DNA from: Azolla caroliniana
Taxonomy: Eukaryota > Plantae > Polypodiophyta
Assembly: GCA_043228905.1 (NCBI GenBank)
Contig: JBHGNT010000010.1
Span: 16,554,001-16,618,000, forward strand
Direction of reading: 5' to 3'
Length of the DNA stretch: 64,000 nt
Under the pieces are notes generated by a model that was given only the letters and a program-made list of their open reading frames with translations, was not told where the DNA came from and made no database searches. Of this stretch, positions 1 through 11,700 are shown piece after piece (the first letter of the stretch is position 1; each line of letters starts with the position of its first letter). A program made the position numbers and the translations under genes.

Positions 1-139
1 ACTTCTGCTGCACCAGAATTCCAATGAATCCTCCTAATTTCTTGCATCTTACCAAAGTTGATTCGTAAACATGAACTCCACAATCGATGAACTTCTCCCT
101 AAGTAATGTTGCTTCCATGCCTGCACCCATATCTTCTCT

Positions 140-660
140 AAGTCTGTGCAAAAAATTTCACCATCTTCCCAAGTTGTTTAAACATAAATGGTTCATCATC
201 GTATGTTGATCCAACCATTCAAAATCTATATGGTATGTCAACAATGAATAATATGTATTCCTTCGTTGGCAATATGTGTATCATCTCAGCCACATCACTA
301 CAATAGACATTATAGTATAAATATTGGGTGATATCCTTTTTGTGGCTAAATTTCTTAAAAGTGTCATCATCTTCTACACCATATGCCATCACTAAACAGT
401 AGTCCTTTTCTTTCCGCACTCTTTCAAGATGTGCAAGAAATGATGTAGGAAAATCAATAATATCTTTATTAACTTCTCTCCGTTTCTTACTATCACTATC
501 TTGGTATATCATTGTTGAACAATATTTCTTTGCCCTCTAACTATACATGGCTTCCTCACATTGAGTAGATTCTAAAGGTGAGTCTCGATTATTCAAACGA
601 ATTGTCTTGATCGTACACTCATCCTGATTTTCAGTTGACCTTCTAGGCGCGAGATCGAAA
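140..660 (-). pseudogene. Decayed ORF with a DPPY-like motif (LFIVDIPY); possible N6-adenine/N4-cytosine DNA methyltransferase fragment
   Basis: ORF 219-512 stays in frame through single stops on both sides: ...EEAMYS*RAKKYCSTMIYQD...KEYILFIVDIPYRF*MVGSTYDDEPFMFKQLGKMVKFFAQ. The stops TAG and TGA are each one transition from TGG and CGA. A hydrophobic strand followed by D-x-P-Y resembles amino-MTase motif IV. The product call is inference. Confidence 0.4.
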
Positions 661-1113
661 AATATAGAGAAACTCAATTATATGAACCAATAAGTAATTT
701 CTAACAACTTATATGTTTAAAGAACAGATTAACTCTAGAAAAGAGCTCTAAATGCCAAAAAGAGACATTGTCAGGTAGATGAGAAATATCACAAAAATGA
801 ATGAATTTTTGTTAAATAATATGTGAAACAAACACTAAATAATGCAGTAAAAACACTCCCATCAAGAAATTTTTCTAATGGAAAATCTTGGGAAAAAATA
901 GAAATTCATTACAAAAAAAAGAGTTTTTCTTTGAAAATATACAATTTATTCGGCAACTCAATATTTTTAATATTAAAGCTGAGACTTCATAGTACAATTC
1001 GATACAATGTATCGAGTTCATGTTGAAAACTCAATTTTTAACATGAACTCTGTACATTGTATCGAGTTCTGGTTGAAAGCTTTTCAACACGAACTCAATG
1101 CAATGTATCGAGT

Positions 1114-1474
1114 TGTAAAGAATCGGATGGATTCTGTGCAGCGGAAGAAATGTGTGTGTGTGTGTGTGTGTGTGTGTGGAGAGAGAAAGCTCACGATTGT
1201 AGAAAAACATAAATTTGTATTACAAAGAAAGCAAGAATAACCAACGACTACAAAGAGAGGGAGAAGGCACTTATGTAGTCACCTTCTCTCTAAGTTCTCT
1301 TACTAGTACCGCCTCTTGGGAAAGAGGTCATGTCTTAACTTCCTAAAGAATATGTGTCATAGAACATTAACTTCTATGACACACTAGTTACTATACAAGG
1401 AGGTGGGGTATTCACACACTCGAGTATCCTAGAGTGTTCTCCCACTCATGGGAAGTTGAGTTTGATTCTCAACA
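1114..1474 (-). repeat. Copia 3' LTR
   Basis: TGTAAAGAATC...TTCTCAACA; direct repeat of 13453-13830, roughly 95% identical outside the (TG)n/(GA)n block by eye. Confidence 0.95.
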
Positions 1475-1492
1475 CGCCCCTTCAAACACAAC

Positions 1493-1968
1493 TGTTAAGA
1501 GTCTATTACTAATCAATAGACCAAATCAAGTAAAAAGGAAGAAAATAGATTGGATAGAAGAACCCGTTCTACCCGACCACCCCCGAGCTATGATCTAGAC
1601 ATAGCCAACCTACCACCGACGTCCCATACCGCCGGATATTAGGATGACTAATACCTTGGAAGAGATAAACACGATCGTCGAGACGAAAGCCTAGCCCGCA
1701 CCACCGGTGTCTACGACAGCAGCCTTCCGACGTGATGATCCTTATGAGGGTAGCTAAGCCTCATATTTATACCTTTTCCTAGGCCCCTTGAATAGATGTG
1801 CCTTTCTAAAAGGCTCTCTATTCATTGGTTGTCTAAATCATGATAGTGCATGCACATATCATTCATTCTATCCAATCATTAGTCCCCTTTTTAATAATAG
1901 TGAACATATACCCTTCACTAATGTAAATATTAGTGACCTACCCTCACCAACGTTATGTGTACATAACA
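1493..1968 (-). repeat. Gypsy 3' LTR
   Basis: TGTTAAGAG...ACATAACA, identical to 8147-8622; PPT (minus strand GAAGTAGGGGAGTA) at ~1969-1982. Confidence 0.97.
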
Positions 1969-1975
1969 TACTCCC

Positions 1976-4900
1976 CTACTTCAAAAGATTGCACTCTTGC
2001 AATATAAAGTGAGGAAATTGTGCCTTAAGCGAATGCTCGCGTTCCCATGTGGCATCATCAATAGGTTTATCCATCCATTTGATCTTGAATAGCCGAATCT
2101 CTTTAGAACGTAAACGTTTAGTACGAGAATCAAGAATTCGTTCAGGAACATGAGGTTTGTAAGAAAAATCCTCTAATGTTACAAGATCTTGGATTGTGAT
2201 GGTGTTATCACCAGAGCCTAAAAATGGTTTTAGACGACTGACGTGAAAAACAGGATGAATACCAACGTTACGAGGTAAGGCAAGGTGATAAGCAGATGAC
2301 CCAACTCGCTTAAGGATTTCAAATGGGCCACAATATCGTGGGGCTAACTTAGCGCACTTGCCCGTAGATAATGACGTAGAATCAGTCGGGACACGCAAAA
2401 AAACTTTTTGACCAATAGTAAATGCACGAGGACGTCTATCCTGATCAGCATAAAATCGAGCACGATCTTGAGCTGTCTTGACATTTTCTTTGGCAATATG
2501 CAACATTTGGTTCATGTCTTGCAAAAAATTGCGTGTACTGTCTAATGTATCACGATGAATCGTGACATCAACTGGGGCACGTGGCTGAAAACCATACATC
2601 AACATAAAAGGACTATATCCAGTGGATGTATGTTTAGAGCTATTATAGGCAAATTCTAAGATAGGAAGGTATTGCTCCCACTTAGAAGGGGTTTTTGCTA
2701 CATAAGCTCGAAGCATGTCCTCAATAATTTGATTAACTCGTTCAGTTTGTCCATCAGACTGAGGATGATCTGCGGAACTCATGCTCAACGTAGTTTCTAG
2801 TTTCTTAAAGACCTGAGTCCAAAAGTTACTAGTAAACTTGGAATCTCGATCACTAACAAAATCCATCGGTAATCCATAAAAACGAAATAACTCATCAACA
2901 AATTGATAAGCCAACTGTTGAGCGGTTACCGTGGTTTTTGTAGGAATAAATCTAGCTAATTTTGTTAGCCTGTCAACGACAACCCATATGGCATCATGAC
3001 CCCTCTGTGTACGAGGTAAACTAACAATAAAATCCATCGAGATACTTTCCCATTTATTGTTGGGAATATCTAAGGGATGTAAAAGACTAGCAGCTTTAAG
3101 TCGTTCCGACTTATTAATCTGACATTGTAAGCATTGAGTTACGTATTTATGCACATCAGAGCGCATCTTAGGCCAGAAAAAAGTACACGAGATGAGAACG
3201 AGTGTGCGTTGTATTCCAGGATGACCAGCAGATGGTGCATCATGACATTCATGAAAAAATTTCTGTTTAACATTTGGTAAATCTGGAACACAGACCTTTC
3301 CACTACGGTAAAGCAAACCGTTTGTAATGTGAAAGGTCGCCTTCGAGGGTAGGGTGCTAGTATCGGCATCTAAACCAGATTCGGCTTTCGTCCAGTATTT
3401 TGAGAAATAACTGTCATCAAGGTATTTCCCTCGAAGGTGATCTAAAAGATCAGATTTTATTTCCGTGAAGCTAAGCATGTTAACTTCTTTAATGCGACTA
3501 AGAGCATCAGCAACGGTGTTCATAGAACCCTTGCGATATCGTATGGAAAAATCAAAATCTTGCATAAGGTCAGCCCAACGGCCTTTACGACCAACAAGAT
3601 CGGGCTGGTCACAAAAATACTTTAATGATTGATGGTCTGTTGTAACCACAAATTTATTTCCATAGAGATAGTGCCTCCATGTTTTAAGTGTGTGTATCAC
3701 CGCAAACAACTCTTTCTCTTGAACCGAATACCGAGATTGAGCAGCATCAAGCTTCTTACTTTCAAAAGCAATAGGGTGACCACCTTGATAAAGAACGGCA
3801 CCAATAGCATAATCACTAGCATCGGTTTCAATTGAGAAAGGCTTAGAAGGGTCTGGTAATAGAAGAGTGGGAGCCTGACACACATGCTCCTTGAGTGTCT
3901 CAAATGATTTGTCAAGTTGTTCATTCCATGAAATTGGTTTGACAGACTTACGTGGATGACCTTTTAAAAGATCAGTTAATGGCGTAGTCAATTTGGGATA
4001 GTTACGAATTGATTTTCGTAAAAATCCAACAAACCCTAAGAATGATCTAAGTTCACGAATATTACGAGGAATGGGCCAAAGTTTAACCTTTTCAATACGA
4101 GAAGGTTCAATTTCAACGCCCTTTTCTGTAATTAAATGACCTAGGTACACAATAGATTTTTGGAAGAAGTCACATTTTGAATGTTTTGCATAGAAAGAGT
4201 TGTCACGCAACTTTCGCAAAACAAATCGAACATGTTGAACATGATCTTGCAAGGTACGGCTATATATCAAAATATCATCCAAGAAGACGACAACAAAATC
4301 ACCGAGTTGATCTCGGAAAACATCATTCATCGCTTGTTGGAATGTGGCTGGAGCATTAGTCAACCCAAACGGCATGACTAAAAACTCATAATGGCCATAG
4401 CGCGTACGAAAAGCGGTTTTAGGAATATCATCCTCGGCGATGCGAATCTGATGATAACCAGTTCGTAAGTCAATTTTCGTAAAATATCGAGCCCCGTGCA
4501 AACGATCAATCAAATCATCGGCACGAGGTAATGGATATGCATTCTTAATTGTCATTTTATTCAAACGGCGATAATTGATACACATTCGCCACGAACCTTC
4601 CTTCTTCTTGACTAATAGAACTGGCGCACCCCAAGGTGATTTACTATACCTAATGTGGCCCATACTCAAGTATTCCTTAAGTTGTTTAGCGATCTCATCC
4701 TCTTCTAATCGACTAAGTCGGTAAGGTGGAATGCTCACAGGAGCAGCCCCAGGGATGAGTTCAATTTGATGGTCCACATTACGTTTAGGTGGTAAAGTAA
4801 GCGGTAATTCAGTAGGAAACACATCTTGAAAATCCTCTAAAATAGAGTCGAGTAATCGTTGCTCAAAATGTGGTAATTGTGTGGCGTCAATATTAAAATA

Positions 4901-6379
4901 ATAAAATTGAACCGCAGGATCAATTACACACGAATAAATTAATGAACTAGAATACTCACTTAAAGATTTAGAAGACACAAGTGAATGAGAAGGAAGTTTG
5001 GAACATTGAATAAAATGTTTACAATTATTAAGTTCAAATGTGATTGAGTGATTAACCCAATCAATGGACAAAGAAGGGTTTTTATTAAAATACCAAGGAT
5101 ATCCTAAAATGACATCTGCGGATTGTAATTTCATAACATGAAAGTCAAGCTTCTCCAAATAAGTATCTATTTGAATTGGCAGTTGACAAACAATGCCACT
5201 GATGTATTGAACGTTTCCATTTGCCATGTGAACTTGATAGATATGATCACTTGCGTTTATGTGGAGCTCCATTTGCTGCACAAAGTGATCATTAAGAAAA
5301 TTGTGAGAACTACCGGAATCAAACAAGAAATGTGCTTGTGTTCCATTGATATATCCAACTGCTCGGAGTAAATCATTAGGTCCAAGTAAATGTGAAGGAA
5401 AAGTGCATTCACATAAACTTAAGTGATTGGTATGAACTTCAACAATATCAAAAGACTCACCTGTGTTACTCGTAGATTTGTCTTGAGGAGGGGTGTTCAT
5501 TGACTTCCTCTCAAGACGACGACAGGTATCCTTTGTGTGGCCCCGCTTCTTGCAATATGCACAGAAGAGGTTCGGTTTCTTTGAGTCGCGGTCAAGAGTG
5601 TCACTGGATTGCTTACGTTTCCCAATGAACTTGACATTCGGAGTTTTGGCGAACTCAGGTTTATTGTGGTCTTTCTTGGAAGTCCTATGGTATCGCAGCA
5701 CAATGTTGACGGCTTCCTCGAAAGTTGTGGGGTCCTTGTCATGGACAATCCAATGATAATCCCCATTGGGAATACCATTCAAAAAACAAGCGACAAACCA
5801 TTTCTCACCCGTAAGTCCCGATTTTTGGATATGGGTCCGAGCGTGATGCACATAATCCTCGAGAGAGGTAAATGGCTTACTAGACAATGTGAGCAAGTGT
5901 TGCGCTTGTTCGGTTTGAGAAGGTGGCTGCAAGAATTGTTTCTTAAAAACATCAACGAAACCTTCCCAAGTTGTGGGTAAGTTTTTTGCGGTCCTTAGGC
6001 CACGCCACCAAGCAGCAGCTCGGCCACCTAACTCACGACCGACATAACCAATTTTTACTGCATCCGGCTTGGGATGAAGCTCAAAGTGAGACTCCCAACG
6101 ACCAAGCCAAGTGCTAATGGCCTCCTCGGTTCTTTCTTTCTTATCTCCCTTGAAAGGCGTGACTACGAAGGAAGGTTCACCTTCTTTCTTGGACTCAATA
6201 GTTAATTCTTGGAATTTCTTTTCCAATGCCATATTGGCCTGTCTCATTTCGGCCAATTGATTCAAGGTAGTAGTGAGCAATTGCTCAATAGTGATCTCAG
6301 CTTGTGTGCGAGATGCGGATTGGGGGTGAGAGGTCTCATTTGGAGAGATCGTTCCAACTGCGTTCAAAACTTGTTCCAT
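1976..6379 (-). CDS. Gag-Pol polyprotein (Gag, Zn knuckle, protease, RT, RNase H, integrase, chromodomain)
   Basis: Zn knuckle [14 protein letters not shown]; protease LFDSGSSHN; [12 protein letters not shown]...[13 protein letters not shown]...[10 protein letters not shown]; RNase [12 protein letters not shown]; integrase HHCC plus SMDF/SDRD/GQTER; GPF motif; C-terminal chromodomain PERILDSR...[14 protein letters not shown]. Confidence 0.98.
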   Translation of the reverse strand: MEQVLNAVGTISPNETSHPQSASRTQAEITIEQLLTTTLNQLAEMRQANMALEKKFQELTIESKKEGEPSFVVTPFKGDKKERTEEAISTWLGRWESHFELHPKPDAVKIGYVGRELGGRAAAWWRGLRTAKNLPTTWEGFVDVFKKQFLQPPSQTEQAQHLLTLSSKPFTSLEDYVHHARTHIQKSGLTGEKWFVACFLNGIPNGDYHWIVHDKDPTTFEEAVNIVLRYHRTSKKDHNKPEFAKTPNVKFIGKRKQSSDTLDRDSKKPNLFCAYCKKRGHTKDTCRRLERKSMNTPPQDKSTSNTGESFDIVEVHTNHLSLCECTFPSHLLGPNDLLRAVGYINGTQAHFLFDSGSSHNFLNDHFVQQMELHINASDHIYQVHMANGNVQYISGIVCQLPIQIDTYLEKLDFHVMKLQSADVILGYPWYFNKNPSLSIDWVNHSITFELNNCKHFIQCSKLPSHSLVSSKSLSEYSSSLIYSCVIDPAVQFYYFNIDATQLPHFEQRLLDSILEDFQDVFPTELPLTLPPKRNVDHQIELIPGAAPVSIPPYRLSRLEEDEIAKQLKEYLSMGHIRYSKSPWGAPVLLVKKKEGSWRMCINYRRLNKMTIKNAYPLPRADDLIDRLHGARYFTKIDLRTGYHQIRIAEDDIPKTAFRTRYGHYEFLVMPFGLTNAPATFQQAMNDVFRDQLGDFVVVFLDDILIYSRTLQDHVQHVRFVLRKLRDNSFYAKHSKCDFFQKSIVYLGHLITEKGVEIEPSRIEKVKLWPIPRNIRELRSFLGFVGFLRKSIRNYPKLTTPLTDLLKGHPRKSVKPISWNEQLDKSFETLKEHVCQAPTLLLPDPSKPFSIETDASDYAIGAVLYQGGHPIAFESKKLDAAQSRYSVQEKELFAVIHTLKTWRHYLYGNKFVVTTDHQSLKYFCDQPDLVGRKGRWADLMQDFDFSIRYRKGSMNTVADALSRIKEVNMLSFTEIKSDLLDHLRGKYLDDSYFSKYWTKAESGLDADTSTLPSKATFHITNGLLYRSGKVCVPDLPNVKQKFFHECHDAPSAGHPGIQRTLVLISCTFFWPKMRSDVHKYVTQCLQCQINKSERLKAASLLHPLDIPNNKWESISMDFIVSLPRTQRGHDAIWVVVDRLTKLARFIPTKTTVTAQQLAYQFVDELFRFYGLPMDFVSDRDSKFTSNFWTQVFKKLETTLSMSSADHPQSDGQTERVNQIIEDMLRAYVAKTPSKWEQYLPILEFAYNSSKHTSTGYSPFMLMYGFQPRAPVDVTIHRDTLDSTRNFLQDMNQMLHIAKENVKTAQDRARFYADQDRRPRAFTIGQKVFLRVPTDSTSLSTGKCAKLAPRYCGPFEILKRVGSSAYHLALPRNVGIHPVFHVSRLKPFLGSGDNTITIQDLVTLEDFSYKPHVPERILDSRTKRLRSKEIRLFKIKWMDKPIDDATWEREHSLKAQFPHFILQECNLLK

Positions 6380-7384
6380 GATGCATGCTGTGGGTATGCA
6401 ATAAAATAAGGAGGTTCAGAAAATACACAAGCAAAATGAATGCTTGAAATTTTGATTGAAAGAACTTTATCCAAGAAAGTATCTCATGTCTTTACCCCTC
6501 TAGACATATGAGATGTGATTCGAGATCCGATAACTATGGTAACACTATGGTGTTTTAAAAACCATGGGGGAAAACATAGCTAAGATGTATTTCTCGGATC
6601 TCTATCTTGAGTAATCATGGCGGCTCCCCGAGGCTCAACCATGGTTCTTACATCAATGAAATTTCCTAGATAGCCTTATATTAATGCCAACCCATCATGT
6701 ATTATATGGTCGAGAAAGTGTATTACGTGAAAAAACAAGTGCACTCACAAGTAATATTCTAGTCTTGCGAGCAATAAGCAAACGTGATGATAAAATGATA
6801 AAATAAGGCACTACTCATAAGAGTTAAGTAGTGACGAAAACAAGGGTAAAAATAATAATAAATAAAAAGAACCCATGTGTTACCTACGAAAAAAACAATG
6901 TCACAAATAAATGGGAAGTGCAAGGTATGCACATATACATCCCAATATGATTGTTATAACTTGCACAATTGTGACATAAGCCACAAATTGATACAAGTGA
7001 TGACGGTGTTGTGCGCAAAGATGTAATACTCAAATCCATGAGTAAAACATCAATAAGGGAACTCATATGGTTTTACTCGTTTTCTAAGGCTTGATGATAA
7101 GAGTTAAACCTAGATGACCCGTTGAAAAAAAAATCGTTCAACAAGCCACTCCATACGAAAAAAATAGTCTACACGTAAAGGTTACATTAAAAATAAACGA
7201 TGTAAATACTTTATACATGAAAAGGAAGTGGAAAAAGGAGAGTTAATTGTGGGCGGGTAAATAATAATTACTAGAAAATCATATAAGTGAAACAATACTT
7301 ATGAAATTAAAATTTAATTAGAATAATCAACAATTAGGTGTATGGAATCAAACATGCCCTAAGATACGAAACCCTAGGGTAGTT

Positions 7385-7910
7385 GACATGCACCTCCTCA
7401 AGACCACCACATATCCCTAGAATCGGCCAAGTAATGGCTAATTAAAGAGGAAAGTGGCATAGGTAAGTGACATATACCTCGTCAAGGCCACATCATCCCT
7501 TAGAATCGGCCAATTGATGGCTAATTAAAAAGGAAAGTGGCATATGTAAGCTACATATACCTTGTCAAGGCCACAACATCCGATAGAATCGGCCAATTGA
7601 TGGCTTAATAGAGAGTAGAGTGGCATAGGTAGGCAACATACACCTCGTCAAGGCCACATCATCCCTTAGAATCGGCCAAGTGATGGCTCAATAGAGGGGA
7701 AGAGTGGTATACTCAACATCATATGCAAAACGGCCATGAGATAAGTGTGTGCGATTAGAGCAAACACGCTCGACCCAATGCACAAGAATAATTATTATCG
7801 TAAGAGTTCAAGAGAGGAGAGAGTGGGATATATATCGCAATATGCAAAAGGCCATGAGTTGAGCGTGTGCGATTAGTGCAAACACGCTCGGCCCGATGCA
7901 TAATAATAAG
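7385..7910 (-). repeat. Tandem arrays in the Gypsy 5' leader: about 4 x 83 bp plus 2 x ~119 bp
   Basis: TAGAATCGGCCAA starts at 7418, 7501, 7584 and 7667 (exact 83-bp period). A second unit, GAGTGG...ATATGCAAAA...GGCCATGAG...GCGATTAG..CAAACACGCTCG, occurs at ~7702 and ~7821. Confidence 0.9.
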
Positions 7911-8133
7911 TAAAATCGTAGCGTAGTAGGAGGTAGAAAGAAAGAGAATAAAACGTAATACCAATTTGATTCGACCATAAAGAACGCATAATAGAAAAAG
8001 AGAAGAGATCAAAAAAGAAGAATACCGGGTTTAGAGTGTTGTTTTGATCCTGAGAAGAGCATGACGAGCCTTGTTAGATCCCCCTCGCTCACACGCAAAA
8101 AACATCAAAACAACAAAAAAATTGTTAGTAAAA

Positions 8134-8145
8134 GCTCAGATACCA
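8134..8145 (-). promoter_or_regulatory. Primer-binding site (tRNA-iMet type)
   Basis: Minus strand TGGTATCTGAGC, one mismatch to TGGTATCAGAGC, 1 nt from the 5' LTR. Confidence 0.85.
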
Positions 8146-8146
8146 C

Positions 8147-8622
8147 TGTTAAGAGTCTATTACTAATCAATAGACCAAATCAAGTAAAAAGGAAGAAAAT
8201 AGATTGGATAGAAGAACCCGTTCTACCCGACCACCCCCGAGCTATGATCTAGACATAGCCAACCTACCACCGACGTCCCATACCGCCGGATATTAGGATG
8301 ACTAATACCTTGGAAGAGATAAACACGATCGTCGAGACGAAAGCCTAGCCCGCACCACCGGTGTCTACGACAGCAGCCTTCCGACGTGATGATCCTTATG
8401 AGGGTAGCTAAGCCTCATATTTATACCTTTTCCTAGGCCCCTTGAATAGATGTGCCTTTCTAAAAGGCTCTCTATTCATTGGTTGTCTAAATCATGATAG
8501 TGCATGCACATATCATTCATTCTATCCAATCATTAGTCCCCTTTTTAATAATAGTGAACATATACCCTTCACTAATGTAAATATTAGTGACCTACCCTCA
8601 CCAACGTTATGTGTACATAACA
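8147..8622 (-). repeat. Gypsy 5' LTR
   Basis: Identical to 1493-1968; the PBS lies directly inside it. Confidence 0.97.
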
Positions 8623-8711
8623 ACAACTTCCGAACGTTGAATCGTCGAATGGTTGGTTCGGATTGGTCTTCGGGTTGGCTTCTTTGAGGACTCCAAGTGG
8701 CTGGTATACTC

Positions 8712-11700
8712 CTATTGCTCCGTACTCCCCCTCAAGCTCAGTTGGTCGATGGTCGAAAGACCCAGGTCGGTTGTGAACTCCCGCAGCTTGTCGACTCCCA
8801 GGGCCTTGGTGAAGATGTCGGTCGTCTATAGGTTTGTGTTGATGTGTTGCAGGTTGACATCCCCTGCCAGAACAGGCTCTCGGATGAAGTGATAGTGCAT
8901 TTCGATGTGCTTAGTCTGAGCATGGAAGACTAGGTTCCAAGCGAGGTGAATATTGTGCATGTTGTCGCAGTAGGGGAGAATTGGATCCTTGATGGGAACG
9001 CCTAGATCCTTAAAGATTCTCTTGAGTCAAACAGCTTCGCATGCGTCTACGGCCGCTCCCTTGTATTCGACAATATGATTGTCGGTTGTTTCTTACTACT
9101 CCACGATATGGCGCCACTGCCGAGAGAAAAAACAAATCCGGATGTCGATCATCGGTCGACTTTGTAGCCAGCCTAGTCGGCATCAGTATAACCTTCGAGT
9201 CGTATCGGTGTGGCCGATTTGTAAAGGATCCCGAAATCCATGGTTCCACTCACATACCTTAGCACTCGCTTAGCACAGTCGAGATGGATGTCTCGGGGAG
9301 TTTTCATGAACTGGCTAAGAAGCCCGATTGGGTAACTCAGGTTGGGTCAGGTAATTGTGAGGTAAATGAGGCTTTTGACTAGTTGACGATAGTGTGTCAG
9401 CTCACACTCTCTAGTGCTTGAGTCGGCATCTAGCTTTAGATTTCGATCGAGAGGAGTAGTGACGGGCTTACACTGTGTCATCCCAAACTTGTAAAGAAGA
9501 TTGAGGATATAGTGCTTTTGAGAAAGCATGATGCCGTTTGTAGTCCGAATTACTTCTATTCCTAGAAAGTAATGGAGCTCTTTCATATCGGTCATTTCGA
9601 ATCGGCTGGAGAGGAGATTCTTGATGTGCTCAATATTCGCTAAATGCTCTCCTCCTATGACCAAGTCATCCACATAAATGATGATAAATACTTGTCCTTT
9701 GGAGTCGCTTCGAGTGAACAGAGAGTTGTCGGTCTTGGACATGTTGAAGCTGATTTGATGGAGATATTGTGTTATCTTCGAATGCCATGCTCTCGGTGCC
9801 TGCTTCAAGTCGTAGAGAGGCTTTTGAGTCGGAAGACATCAAGTGGTTGCACCATGTACACCTCTTCGTTTAACTCGCCTTGTAGAAAGGCGTTCTTTAC
9901 GTCCATTTGGTGGAGGTGCCACCCTTTTGTTGTTGCAATCGCGATCAAGGTTCGAATTGTAGTCATCTTTGCCACCGGGGCAAAGGTCTCTTCGTAGTCG
10001 ACACTGTGCGTCTGCGCATACCCCTTTGCCACAAGTCAGGCCTTGTACCGATGGATAGTGCCATCGGCATTGTGCTTTACCTTGAAGATCCACCAACATC
10101 CAATTGACTTTTGGTGGTTTGAAAGAGGGATGAGATCCCATGTCTCATTCTTGGTGAGTGCTTGCATCTCCTCATTCATCGCTTCGACCCATCTGGGGTC
10201 CTTCTCGGCTTCGGAATAGTTTTCCAGTTCTTAGACTGTCTATACCTTCATCATGAATACATAATGATATGCAATGTAGTCGTAGACGAATCGGCTGACT
10301 ACATTTTTTTCTCGGGTGGATCAACATGGTTCTCCTGGTATCCTCATGATGGGCACATCCAATCTACCAAACTCACTGTCAAATAAGTGAGTCAATTCAT
10401 TTCCAATTGAGTCTTCATACTCAAGCATTTTGGCATTTCCTTTGTCCTATTTCGGACTCGGCCGCAACGTGCTTTGGTCACTTGGAGACTCTTGTGGTCC
10501 ACTCAACTTGGTTGAGATTGGACTTTCCACTGATGTGGGCCTTAGTCGATCATTCTCCTCCACATCTATGTCGGATGGGGCTGATTCGACAGTATACCAG
10601 GATGCTAACTCGTCGAATACTACATCTCTACTCACTCGTACCTTCTTGGTGGTAGGGTTGAAGCACTTGTACCCTTTTTGCTCGAGTTAGTACCCTACGA
10701 GTATACATTTCTCCGACTTGAGATCAAGCTTCTACCGCAAGTCGTCGGGAATATGTACATATGCTATTGAACCGAATATCCTAACATGAGATAGATCCGT
10801 TTTCTTCCCATAGAACTTTTCGCAGGAGCTAACTTCGTGCACTCCTGATGTTATGCAGCGATTCATTAGATAAACAGTTGTATTCGCCGCTTCGGCCCAA
10901 TATGATGTTGGCAGTAACAATCGACAACGGTTAATGGTTTAATGGTTTCAACGGTTTTGTTCAGGTTTAGGTTTTTTAAAACGGTTTGGTTCGGTTTTAA
11001 CAGCCAAACACCGCAATTTAACGGTTTTTTATTTTTTATTTTAAAAAAAATTTAAAAATTTGTAATAATATTGAAATTTTATTTTTAAACAATCTATTCA
11101 TTTTTAGACCTTATTCTCACATTTTAGGAACATCTTAAAAATTTTAAAAATTTTAGATAATGAAATATTATAAATTCTAAAAAATTTTAATTTTAAATTT
11201 TAAATTTTGACCTATGTTGAAAATCGAAAACGAACCACGAAACAACGGTTTTTACGGTTTAATGGTTTAACGATTTGAAAATTGTTTAATGGGTTCGTGG
11301 TTCGGTTCGGTTTGATTAAGGTTTCAAAATTTTAAACAGTTTGGACCCTCTCAAATCGAACCGAACCATTGTTGATTGTTACTTGGCAGATGTTTCTCGT
11401 TCATCATTGCCCTTGCCACCTCGAGTATGTGACGATTCTTGCGTTCGGCTACTCCATTCTACTGAGGTGTGTGTCGGCAGGTAAACTCCTGTTGAATTCC
11501 TTCTTGTCGAAGGTATGGTGTAAAGGCGTCAAAGAAGTATTCATTGTCACCATTTGATCGAAGGCATCGGACATGCCAACCTATTGCCTTTTCGACTTCA
11601 TTTTTTAACCTTTGGAAGTGTCTGAACACTTCGCTCTTCTGCCGCATGGGGTAGATCCCAGTATGTCTTGAGAAGTCGTCGATGAACGTTACGTAGTACC

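Larger units (their letters stand above)
1493..8622 (-). mobile_element. Intact Ty3/Gypsy chromovirus LTR retrotransposon nested in the Copia 3' UTR
   Basis: 476-bp LTRs (1493-1968, 8147-8622) with no difference found by eye; TG...CA ends; TSD ACAAC (1488-1492, 8623-8627); PBS and PPT present; one uninterrupted 1467-aa ORF. Confidence 0.98.

Noticed and set aside
1-150. STLVRCKKLGGFIGI as methyltransferase motif I
   Set aside because: It is in a different frame, too close to the DIPY motif and lacks FxGxG; it fits a Tc1/IS630-like HTH equally well, so it was not counted as evidence.
7418-7700. Hammerhead ribozyme in the 83-bp units (minus strand CTTGACGA followed by a stem)
   Set aside because: The core is not CUGANGA and no GAAA follows the stem. 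The CTGACGA in the Copia 5' LTR (~13598) also lacks GAAA.
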